In this document: positions 18,091 to 26,546 of the stretch, piece by piece
Layout of the letters: each line of letters begins with the position of its first letter
Numbering within the stretch: the first letter of the stretch is position 1
Assembly: GCA_963675515.1 (NCBI GenBank)
Contig: OY776328.1
Location: 660,001-692,000, forward strand
Origin: Coprobacillaceae bacterium
Lineage (GTDB): Bacteria > Bacillota_I > Bacilli_A > Erysipelotrichales > Coprobacillaceae
Reading direction: 5' to 3'
Length of the DNA: 32,000 bases
Notes under the pieces: model-generated
What the model saw: the letters and a program-made list of their open reading frames with translations, nothing else
What the model was told of the DNA's origin: nothing
Databases searched by the model: none
Made by a program: the position numbers and the translations under genes

Positions 18091-19488
18091 ATGAATTATA
18101 GATTAGATAAAAACAAATTGGATAAATTGCAACTCGGAGATAAACTACTTAGTGTCAATTTGGAAAAACTTTATATAACAGAGTATGACATTAATAGATA
18201 TTTGGTAATCAATTCTTTTAAGGATGAATGTCTCATTTTACAAAAAGATATTATAGACGATAATAAGATTCCAGCTGAAATTTGTGGTTTATTATCTACA
18301 CCAAATAAGATGAATAAAGATAGTTGGAACAGTTTTAAAAATGAGTTGGAAAATGATGCTTATGTTGAAAAAGGTAAGAAAGTAATAAATATAATTATAG
18401 CATTGACGTATGCATGTAATTTGAAATGCTCATATTGCTATCAACAATATAATCCTAAATTGAAGAAAGAAACTATATCGGTCGAAAATTTATATAAAAT
18501 TTTTGACGTCATTCGGGAATATAAAACTACCCATCCGGATAAAACAGTTGAAATTGGACTGTTCGGAGGAGAACCCCTTCTAAAAGCAAATGAAGAAATA
18601 ATTGATATGATTTTGAAATTTTGCAAAACAGAATTGATAAAGTTAAACATTGTGACAAATGGTGTGAATTTAGATTATTTTTTAAAGAAAATTATTATTA
18701 ATAGAAATGTCATTCGTTCGATAGCGACTACGATTGATAGTTCAGTTGCAAACGAGACTACAAGAAAATATATAGATGATAGAAAAAATGAAAAAAATAG
18801 TGCATCTTATATCCTTGATTGTTTAAATGTTTTATTAAGTTATAATGTTCCAGTGTCAATTTCTTCAAATATAGACGAGCTTAATATTTGTGATTTGCCA
18901 AAAATGCATAAATTATTACAGGACAACGGATTTATTGATAATGAGAAATTCTCTTGGTATATAGGCAGAGTTGATGATAGGATGTATGAAACTAAGTACC
19001 CTTTTATCATAAGTGATACAGATATCTTATTAGAGTTGGATAAACTTGAAAAGTTCGAAAACAATTGTCATGCAGCTTTTATAAAGACTGTAAAAAATTT
19101 GGTTGATAAATTGGATATGGGTTTTAATCAACAAGAGCGTAAAGGAAAATACAATTATTGTTGGACATCGTCGCCTCTTACTGATGTATTTTACATAGAT
19201 AATGACTTAGATGTATTTAGATGCACATATACCGTTGGTCGTAAAGAATTTGCAATGTATAATCTCAATGAACAAAGCATAAATGATTACAATCCAATAA
19301 ATAGAACATATTTGAATTATGAAAAGTGTCAATCTTGCAACATTGGAGGATATTGTTCAGGTGGTTGCCAATTATCTTTCAAAATGGATAGTGACAAACA
19401 ATGTGAATTTGAAATTAATGCTTTCAATGATTTTTTACATAAAATTTTGATGCCCAAATTGAGAAGTAGAGAAAACGATGTTGTCTAA
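18091..19488 (+). CDS. Radical SAM enzyme with C-terminal SPASM domain (candidate peptide maturase)
   Basis: The radical SAM cluster motif is CNLKCSYC (CX3CX2C). The SPASM motif is CQSCNIGGYCSGGC (CX2CX5CX3C), with additional Cys residues upstream (YCW...FRC) and downstream (KQCEF). About 95 aa of N-terminal extension precede the SAM motif. Confidence 0.9.
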   Translation: MNYRLDKNKLDKLQLGDKLLSVNLEKLYITEYDINRYLVINSFKDECLILQKDIIDDNKIPAEICGLLSTPNKMNKDSWNSFKNELENDAYVEKGKKVINIIIALTYACNLKCSYCYQQYNPKLKKETISVENLYKIFDVIREYKTTHPDKTVEIGLFGGEPLLKANEEIIDMILKFCKTELIKLNIVTNGVNLDYFLKKIIINRNVIRSIATTIDSSVANETTRKYIDDRKNEKNSASYILDCLNVLLSYNVPVSISSNIDELNICDLPKMHKLLQDNGFIDNEKFSWYIGRVDDRMYETKYPFIISDTDILLELDKLEKFENNCHAAFIKTVKNLVDKLDMGFNQQERKGKYNYCWTSSPLTDVFYIDNDLDVFRCTYTVGRKEFAMYNLNEQSINDYNPINRTYLNYEKCQSCNIGGYCSGGCQLSFKMDSDKQCEFEINAFNDFLHKILMPKLRSRENDVV

Positions 19489-20605
19489 AACTTTAAATAA
19501 TACAAGGATTTTATCATTAATAAGTTTATCAAATGGGTTGGTATTCTATGCACCTGTAGCACTTCTATTAAGAACATCTAAAGGAATTACACCTGCTGAA
19601 TTTTTTGCTTTACAAATTATTTTGTATGGTTCGATTTGTATTTTTGAAATACCTTGCGGAGTGATCACAGATTTGATAGGTTACAGGAAAACCATAATAT
19701 TATCAGCTTTCTTTCTATTAATCGCTAGAATAAATTTTCTTTACGCATCTACGTTTATGCTGTTTGCAATTGAGGCAATATTTGAATCCGTTTCTATCAG
19801 CTTTATTTCGGGAACAATGAGTGCTTATCTATATGAAATGTATTCTGGAGATGATTTTGACGTACACATTTCGAAAATTGACAATTTTGGTACTGCTGGT
19901 TTTGTATTTAGTACTATTGCATTCTATTTTTTGTATGCTTACTTTGGCATGTTTGGTTTAGTCTTGCCGACTGTGCTTTCGAGTTTAGGTGCTCTTATAT
20001 TTTCCGTGATGTTATCTGATGTCACTAGAAAGAGAGAATTAGATAAAAAAATATATTTTAAATTTTTTAGGAATTTCAAATTTTGGATTCTTTCATTGTA
20101 CTCAAGTGTTTTTTCACTAGGTTTTGTCGCAATTAATTATTTTTACGTGATTAAACTAAGTTCTTTTAATATTTCAACTAATAATATTACGTTCCTTATT
20201 ATCTCGTATTCCGTAATTCAAATGTTTGTACCTAAATTATTGAGTAGGATAAATAAATATAACTATTCACCTGTTATTCTTTTTGTAATTAGCTTGGCTT
20301 TCTTACTATTGTATTTTAACGAAAATATTTACTTGTCGCTCTTATTTATGGTCACATTGCCATCGCTAATCTATTTGGTCTACTACAAATTTAGTTTGGC
20401 TCAAAATAATTTTATTGATGACATGATGTGGCAAAACAATAGAGCCACACTTTTATCAATCTTTAATATGGGTAGTAACTTCTTATCGATATTCTCGTTG
20501 CTGATCCTGAGCATTTACAATAGTGCCTCAGGACTAATTACATTCGTAGTGGTTGGAATTATATATATGGTGCTTTTTTTAATTTCAATTATATATAAAA
20601 TTTAA
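19478..20605 (+). CDS. Polytopic membrane protein, MFS-like (candidate exporter or immunity protein)
   Basis: About 10-12 hydrophobic segments. GVITDLIGYRKT resembles MFS motif A between TM2 and TM3. The gene overlaps the rSAM gene by 11 nt. Confidence 0.65.
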   Translation: MLSKTLNNTRILSLISLSNGLVFYAPVALLLRTSKGITPAEFFALQIILYGSICIFEIPCGVITDLIGYRKTIILSAFFLLIARINFLYASTFMLFAIEAIFESVSISFISGTMSAYLYEMYSGDDFDVHISKIDNFGTAGFVFSTIAFYFLYAYFGMFGLVLPTVLSSLGALIFSVMLSDVTRKRELDKKIYFKFFRNFKFWILSLYSSVFSLGFVAINYFYVIKLSSFNISTNNITFLIISYSVIQMFVPKLLSRINKYNYSPVILFVISLAFLLLYFNENIYLSLLFMVTLPSLIYLVYYKFSLAQNNFIDDMMWQNNRATLLSIFNMGSNFLSIFSLLILSIYNSASGLITFVVVGIIYMVLFLISIIYKI

Positions 20606-20933
20606 AAACGAATTCATGAATCAACAAGTAATAATAAAATATACTCTTAAGGGGGTATATTAGTTCGTCAAAGATACTTAGCACAAAGATTTGTGTTATG
20701 TACAAAATATTCTTGAATGACCCTATTGTACAAGAAAATCTCTTTTGGTTGCACAAAGACGGTGCTTGATCTGAAATGTAGGAATTGTGATGAATTTTGA
20801 GCGCCTAAATTTAGACATTCACTTCCCTAAATATATTAACCTGAGATATATGAACATTGAAAAAGTGTTTAACATAGCATATATTTTAGAAATTCGATAA
20901 ATAGACAAATCGGGCTATTTATTGAATTAAAAA

Positions 20934-20960
20934 AACGGCCATCATAAGCCGTTATTTTTA
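20934..20960 (-). terminator. Terminator downstream of the tRNA-His pair (also usable from the + strand)
   Basis: AACGGC-N8-GCCGTT stem, flanked by A7 on the left (T7 on the minus strand) and by ATTTTT on the right. Confidence 0.55.
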
Positions 20961-20963
20961 ATT

Positions 20964-21040
20964 TGGGGCGACCGATGGGAATCGAACCCACGAATGCCAG
21001 AGCCACAATCTGGTGTGTTAACCACTTCACCACGATCGCC
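20964..21040 (-). tRNA. tRNA-His (anticodon GUG), copy 1
   Basis: The reverse complement folds as a cloverleaf. The acceptor stem is GCGAUCG/CGGUCGC. The anticodon stem is CCAGA/UCUGG with loop UUGUGGC. The T arm is GUGGG-UUCGAUU-CCCAU. There is an encoded G(-1) opposite C73 (a His identity element) and an encoded CCA. Confidence 0.9.
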
Positions 21041-21067
21041 ATATTAGACTTCATACAATTAATAAAA

Positions 21068-21144
21068 TGGGGCGACCGATGGGAATCGAACCCACGAATG
21101 CCAGAGCCACAATCTGGTGTGTTAACCACTTCACCACGATCGCC
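21068..21144 (-). tRNA. tRNA-His (anticodon GUG), copy 2, identical to copy 1
   Basis: The 77-nt sequence is identical to 20964-21040, with a 27-nt spacer between the copies. Confidence 0.9.
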
Positions 21145-21164
21145 ATTTCTTAACTGCAATGAAT

Positions 21165-21193
21165 AGTATACAAGAAGTCCGGGGTCTTGTAAA
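21165..21193 (-). promoter_or_regulatory. Candidate promoter for the tRNA-His pair
   Basis: On the minus strand: TTTACA (21193-21188), 17-nt spacer, TATACT (21170-21165), about 20 nt upstream of the tRNA 5' end. Confidence 0.35.
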
Positions 21194-21413
21194 GTGTAAA
21201 TTTGATTTTTTGAACTCTTTTTTCCGTGCTCTTATTCCCCGATATGATTGATGTAAATGGTCATTTATGGTTTAAAAACAAATATCGGTTATTTGTATAG
21301 TGAAAAAATTTAAATTGTTGGCTAAAAGTGTAATAAGATGATATATTTAAGTAAATGTCAAGATTGTAAGAAACACTAAAGAGTTAAAAGGGTTGTCAGT
21401 GGAGGTTACCTTA

Positions 21414-23081
21414 ATGAAAACTAAAGTCTATCTTAAACGCGAAAAAAAATCGGTTGCTATTGCGATTTCCGACAAAAACAAGCCGGATTTGACTGGAGAA
21501 ATAATAGCCAATTGGCAAAACCAGTTGAACCTCATTGCCAGGATGTTAAAAGTCCGCTCGGTGCTGATCATGAAGGTGAAATCCGGAGTCATGGAAGTGG
21601 CCGTCAAATCGTCGAATCCCGACAACCCTTACCAGGTTAATGGCAAAAGTTACCTTGGCCATGGCCTGTATTGCGAAACGGTAATGGGCAATGACGAGCT
21701 GCTGCTGATCCGTGACTTGCGGGACGATGATGTCTGGGCCAATGACAAGTCCGGTTTGTTTGAAGCGCGTTCCTATCTTGGGATTCCCATAAAATGGCCC
21801 GATGAGAGTTTCTATGGGACTGTGTGCGTCATCGATGACAAACCGATAGTATTAGATGATAACCATATCGAGGTTTTCAATCAGCTGGCCCGGCTTTTCA
21901 GCCAGGATCTCAAAATCCTGATGCAACAGAAGCAAATTGCCATACTTAATGCGATTCCGGCCGAACAGGTATACACTCGTTCGGAATTCCTGCGGGACAT
22001 TTCTCTGGAGTTCAAAGCACCATTGACGACAATCATCGGCTTGTCCCAGATGGGGGCCAACCTGTCAAAGAAGGATACGATCAAGGACTATTTCAACCAG
22101 ATTGCCAGCGCAGGAAGTTACCTGCTGGAAATCGTCGACGAAGTCAAGGATATTGCCCGGATCGAGACCAATCTGGTCGCACCGGTTGAACAAAGTGTCA
22201 ATATCGAAGACTTTGCCCGGGAAATAGAGGCGCTGTTTGCTTTGAGATTCAAGGAGAAACACCAGGAGTTCAATGTCTCCATCAACAACATCAATCCCAA
22301 GACATACAATTTCGACCGGACGGCCATGAAGCGGATAATTGTCAATATCCTGGAAAATGCCAATATTTATACCAAAGAATACGGAGTCATCAACTGGCGG
22401 ATTTCCAAAAGCACCCAGGAAGGTCAGGAATTCCTGGTCCACCAGATTACCGACAATGGAGCGGGTATCGCACCGGAGCTTATGGAAAAGATATTCCGGC
22501 CGTTTCCCAAGAAAACAAGCGCCGCCTACGATCAGCGCAATTCATTGGGACTTGGCCTTTCGATAACCTATTCGCTGACGAAGTTTCTCGATGGTGAAAT
22601 CCAGGTGTCGTCCCAACAGGGAGAGGGATCATCGTTTGTGATCAGGATACCGGTAAAGCAGGGACTCAAGACCGTCAACCAAAAAAGCGAAGTGGTTGTC
22701 AATCCGAAGTACGCAAACAAAACAGTGCTACTGGTAGAAGACAACAATATCAATGCGATGACCATCAGGCTGATGCTAAACAAGCACAAAATCAAGGTGG
22801 ACTGGGTCGTCAATGGCGCCCGCGCCTTGGAAAACCTGAAAAACAAGCGATACGACCTGGTCCTGATGGATCTGGACATGCCGGTTGTCAACGGTTATGA
22901 GGCAACCCGCCTGATCCGTTCCAATACCGATATCAAGACCAACACGACACCGATAGTGGCAATCGCCTCCAGCGCCTATGTCGAAGAGGTTGAGAAATCG
23001 CTGGCCGCGGGGATGGATGACCATCTGGTCAAACCGTTTGACCAGAAGCAATTGGAATATGTGTTGAATCGCTACCTCTAG
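21414..23081 (+). CDS. Cytoplasmic hybrid sensor kinase-like protein: GAF + degenerate HisKA + HATPase_c + REC
   Basis: GAF-like N-terminus. The DHp H-box reads SEFLRDISLEFKAPLTTIIG, with Leu where the phospho-His should be. N box IVNILENANIYT, G1 DNGAGI, G2 GLGLGLSI. The REC domain has LLVEDNNIN...DLVLMDLDMP...LVKP. Start at the ATG at 21414 behind GGAGG. No TM segments. Confidence 0.85.
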   Translation: MKTKVYLKREKKSVAIAISDKNKPDLTGEIIANWQNQLNLIARMLKVRSVLIMKVKSGVMEVAVKSSNPDNPYQVNGKSYLGHGLYCETVMGNDELLLIRDLRDDDVWANDKSGLFEARSYLGIPIKWPDESFYGTVCVIDDKPIVLDDNHIEVFNQLARLFSQDLKILMQQKQIAILNAIPAEQVYTRSEFLRDISLEFKAPLTTIIGLSQMGANLSKKDTIKDYFNQIASAGSYLLEIVDEVKDIARIETNLVAPVEQSVNIEDFAREIEALFALRFKEKHQEFNVSINNINPKTYNFDRTAMKRIIVNILENANIYTKEYGVINWRISKSTQEGQEFLVHQITDNGAGIAPELMEKIFRPFPKKTSAAYDQRNSLGLGLSITYSLTKFLDGEIQVSSQQGEGSSFVIRIPVKQGLKTVNQKSEVVVNPKYANKTVLLVEDNNINAMTIRLMLNKHKIKVDWVVNGARALENLKNKRYDLVLMDLDMPVVNGYEATRLIRSNTDIKTNTTPIVAIASSAYVEEVEKSLAAGMDDHLVKPFDQKQLEYVLNRYL

Positions 23082-23107
23082 AACGCCTTCGGGCGTTTTT
23101 GTTTTTT
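23082..23107 (+). terminator. Intrinsic terminator
   Basis: AACGCC-TTCG-GGCGTT followed by TTTTGTTTTTT. Confidence 0.7.
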
Positions 23108-23122
23108 AGGTGGTCATATTAT

Positions 23123-23150
23123 TTGTCTTTAGAATTGAGCTTGTTATAAT
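23123..23150 (+). promoter_or_regulatory. Promoter candidate for gshF
   Basis: TTGTCT (23123-23128), 16-nt spacer, then extended -10 TGtTATAAT (23142-23150). Confidence 0.5.
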
Positions 23151-23170
23151 GGTTCCATGAGGTGAATAAA

Positions 23171-25402
23171 ATGGATTATGGAAAATTGATCAAAGAGAAA
23201 ATAACGGGCGAATTGTACCAGGGTTTGTTTGGATTGGAGAAGGAAAACGTGCGCGTCGATGGCTTGGGACATCTGGCGTCAACGCCCCATCCCCAGGAGC
23301 TGGGTGACAAGACGACCCATCCTTATATAACCGTCGATTTTGGTGAAAGCCAGATCGAGATGATAACCCCGGTTCAGGAGTCGATCAGGGAGGCCTATGA
23401 TTTCCTATTGAATATTCATGATATTGTGGCTGTCAGTCTCAAGGATGAATATCTGTGGCCCCAATCCCTGCCGCCGCGGTTTGCAAGCGAGGACAATATC
23501 GCGCTGGCTGATTTTCCTGAAGGCAGCGACGGAAAGAACTACCGGGAGCATCTGGAAAAGAATTACGGCAAGAAGAGGCAATTGCTTTCGGGTATCCACT
23601 TCAATTTCAGTTTCGCACGGGATTTTGTGGAAAAACTGTATGATGAATCGTTTGGCGATTTCCAAGACTTCCAGAATGATATCTATCTCCATGTGGTCCG
23701 CAACTTCCACCGCTACAGCTTCCTGCTGCCCTGCCTTTTTGGGGCGGGCAACGCGTATCTGTCGGAGTTCAGGGATCCTGGGGCGAATGACCAGATTATA
23801 AACGGGGATGAGGTTGTGGTTCCTGAAATGATGAGTTTTCGCAACAGCGAATCGGGCTACCAGAATAAGGATAAGTTCTTTGTCGACTACAGTTCACTGG
23901 AAAACTATCATAAGTCGCTCGACGATGCAATTGAAAAAAAGGCGATATCCTATCATCGGGAATTCTATTCCCCGATCCGGCTCAAGGCGACGGTCGGAAA
24001 TGATCTGGCCAGCCAGGTCGATTATCTCGAAGTGAGGGTCATCGACCTCAATCCGTTTGTGCGCAACAATGTGGATATCGATGATCTTTACTATCTACAT
24101 ATGTTCTTGATTTACTGTCTGATAAAGCCTGACATCGAGCTTGACCGGGACAAATACTTCGAATATCAGAATCGTTTCAACAAGGCGGCAAGCAGCCATG
24201 ACTACCATGAAAAGACATTCGGTTTGCACCAGTCAATAAAAAAGGAGCTCTCAAATCTCCAGAGTCTACCTCCGGTATATCACAGGGCCATCGAAAACAT
24301 CGAACGGCGCTGCTCGGGCAATCGCCGCCATATCGACCGCTACAAGGAAGCGGTCAAAGCAAACGGTTATATCGGATTCAACCTGGGCCAGGCAAAATCA
24401 TTCCTCCAGGAATCATTGTCCAGCTACGGTCTGGTTGGCGGGGAACAACTGGAACTATCGACCCAGATCCTGATCAAAGGGGCTTTCAAGTTGGGACTGA
24501 AAGTCGAATATGTCGACAGGACCGACAACTTCATCAAGATTTCCAAGGGCAGTCAATATCAGTACGTCAAGCAGGCGACCAAGACCGCTCTTGACAGCTA
24601 CATGACTTTTTTGATTATGGAAAACAAGATTGTCTCCAAACATGTGCTAAGCCAGGCTGGCTTGAATACCCCGGCTTCGTTGAACTTATCTGACATCTCG
24701 ATGGCCAAATCGAGCTATGACCGGGTAAAAGACAAGAAGATCGTCATCAAGCCCCGATCGACCAACTTCGGTCTGGGCATATCGATATTCGATCAGGGCT
24801 TTGGCCGGGCTGAATTCGAAGAGGCTCTCGATCATGCCTTTGGCGAGGATGACGAGGTATTGATCGAAGACTATGTCGCAGGAAAGGAATACCGTTTCCT
24901 GGTCATCGGCGACCAGGTGGTCGGGGTGTTGCATCGCAAAAACGCCCACGTGACCGGTAACGGCAAGTCAAGCGTCCAGGAGCTTATCGCCCGTGAAAAT
25001 GAGAACCCGTTGCGCGGGGAGAACTACCGGAAACCATTGCAAAAAATCAAGGTCGGACCGATTGAGGAACAGGTTCTCTCATCGCAAGGACTGACAACAA
25101 TAAGCATCCCAATGGAGGGGGTGGAGGTCGTCCTGCGCGAGAATTCGAACATCTCGACTGGAGGTGTCTCCATCGATTTTACCGATGATGTCCTCGACTT
25201 CCATAAGGAAGTCGCAATCAAGGCGGCCAAGGCGGCGGGAGCCAGGATATGCGGGGTGGACATGATCATACCGGATCTTGAAAGTGATGATTACAGCATC
25301 ATCGAGATCAATTTCAATCCGGCCATCCATATCCACAACTACCCATACCGGGGTGAAAACCGGAAAGTTGAAGAACATCTGCTTGAAGTGCTTGGTTTTT
25401 GA
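23171..25402 (+). CDS. gshF: Bifunctional glutamate--cysteine ligase / glutathione synthetase (GshF/GshAB type)
   Basis: About 745 aa. The N-terminal gamma-GCS domain (GLEKENVRVD..., QIEMITP, LLSGIHFNFS) is fused to a C-terminal ATP-grasp domain (KIVIKPRSTNFGLGI..., EINFNP). The ATG at 23171 sits behind GAGGTG; the listed GTG at 23162 is an alternative start. Confidence 0.85.
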   Translation: MDYGKLIKEKITGELYQGLFGLEKENVRVDGLGHLASTPHPQELGDKTTHPYITVDFGESQIEMITPVQESIREAYDFLLNIHDIVAVSLKDEYLWPQSLPPRFASEDNIALADFPEGSDGKNYREHLEKNYGKKRQLLSGIHFNFSFARDFVEKLYDESFGDFQDFQNDIYLHVVRNFHRYSFLLPCLFGAGNAYLSEFRDPGANDQIINGDEVVVPEMMSFRNSESGYQNKDKFFVDYSSLENYHKSLDDAIEKKAISYHREFYSPIRLKATVGNDLASQVDYLEVRVIDLNPFVRNNVDIDDLYYLHMFLIYCLIKPDIELDRDKYFEYQNRFNKAASSHDYHEKTFGLHQSIKKELSNLQSLPPVYHRAIENIERRCSGNRRHIDRYKEAVKANGYIGFNLGQAKSFLQESLSSYGLVGGEQLELSTQILIKGAFKLGLKVEYVDRTDNFIKISKGSQYQYVKQATKTALDSYMTFLIMENKIVSKHVLSQAGLNTPASLNLSDISMAKSSYDRVKDKKIVIKPRSTNFGLGISIFDQGFGRAEFEEALDHAFGEDDEVLIEDYVAGKEYRFLVIGDQVVGVLHRKNAHVTGNGKSSVQELIARENENPLRGENYRKPLQKIKVGPIEEQVLSSQGLTTISIPMEGVEVVLRENSNISTGGVSIDFTDDVLDFHKEVAIKAAKAAGARICGVDMIIPDLESDDYSIIEINFNPAIHIHNYPYRGENRKVEEHLLEVLGF

Positions 25403-25438
25403 CGAAAAGTCTTAAAAAAGGCGATAAACAGTGGTAAA

Positions 25439-26455
25439 ATGGAGTCGAAGGTGGTGAACGCCATGGAAGACATATTGTCATTGAATCAGTTTGAACAGGA
25501 AATCGGGATCAATACCCAGGACCTGGGGATTATCAGGGATCATTTCATCGTTGCTTTGGCTGACAAGGGATTGGTTGATATGTATCTCAGGGCCAAGCTG
25601 CGCCATGACCTGCGACCTTATTTCCTGGAACCGGACCGGTTTTTGACGATTGTGGATTCAATGGTGGATATTGACGGATCAAAGGTGGCGGGAGCTCCTT
25701 GCGATATCCATTTTGAAAATCTGGTCACGTATCGGCTCAATGGTTATCTGGTTGAACGGCTAAAAGAGACTTTGGTCCTGATTGAAGGTGGGCTGTCCGT
25801 TGACGGAGTTCATGACCTGCGGGTGGCGATCAAGAAGATCCGGGTTGTCGCCAAATACTACCATCCATACCTCAGCCCCAAGATGACAAAGACGGTGGAA
25901 AGGCTGGCGGTGCTGTTCAAACAACTTGGAAATATCCGCGATCTTGATGTTGTCAAAGAACTGTCGGGTGATTTAAGCATGGCAAAAAGCCGAAAGAAAG
26001 AAGCAACCAGGTGTGAAAAGCTCATTTCAAAGGGCAAGTACATTCCACGGCTTGAAAAGTTGCTTAATCAAAAAGTCCTGGTAGAGCGGATTGACAATGC
26101 CAAGGGTGATTTTGTAAGCTATGATTTTGCGAAGGTCAACAGGGTGAAAATCATGGAAGTCCAGACCAATCTTCAAGGATATTCCAGCCTGTTTGAAAGC
26201 GGGAAGTTCGACCTGACAAGCTACCACCGATTGCGTTTGGTATTCAAGGAATACAAGTACCTTCTCGAATTGGCTGGTCTTGATGTTTTGGACCACTTTG
26301 CCCTGGTCAGGGAACTGACCACGATGCTTGGGGATATCCATGACTGCCACAATCTGATGATATTCGCTTCCAAAAGCAAAGAGGAATGCGGTATTGATCT
26401 GGCGATCGGGAAGTTTGACGAAAAATTCAAAGATTTCAGTTTAGATCTAGGATAA
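25439..26455 (+). CDS. CHAD domain-containing protein
   Basis: VHDLRVAIKKIRVVAKYY...LFKQLGNIRDLDV matches the CHAD signature (vHdlRvaiRrlR...lG..RDlDV). An alternative start is the ATG at 25463 behind AAGGTGG. Confidence 0.55.
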   Translation: MESKVVNAMEDILSLNQFEQEIGINTQDLGIIRDHFIVALADKGLVDMYLRAKLRHDLRPYFLEPDRFLTIVDSMVDIDGSKVAGAPCDIHFENLVTYRLNGYLVERLKETLVLIEGGLSVDGVHDLRVAIKKIRVVAKYYHPYLSPKMTKTVERLAVLFKQLGNIRDLDVVKELSGDLSMAKSRKKEATRCEKLISKGKYIPRLEKLLNQKVLVERIDNAKGDFVSYDFAKVNRVKIMEVQTNLQGYSSLFESGKFDLTSYHRLRLVFKEYKYLLELAGLDVLDHFALVRELTTMLGDIHDCHNLMIFASKSKEECGIDLAIGKFDEKFKDFSLDLG

Positions 26456-26546
26456 TGGGTAACCATTGTCCTTTTGTTTTCGCATATGATCAATTACGTA
26501 TTAATTTTTGGGACGGATTGTGGTACAATATTCTGGGGTGATGACA

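Noticed and set aside
20650-20790. An AAGGGGG SD-like motif followed by an open frame of about 45 codons downstream of the MFS gene (a possible second peptide or immunity gene)
   Set aside because: No ATG, GTG or TTG lies at a usable distance from the SD. The first in-frame ATG is 14 codons in and has no SD.
20869-21166. ORFs of 96 aa (-) and 67 aa (+) across 20869-21166
   Set aside because: They are read straight through the two tRNA-His genes. The internal repeat in the peptides simply mirrors the duplicated tRNA.
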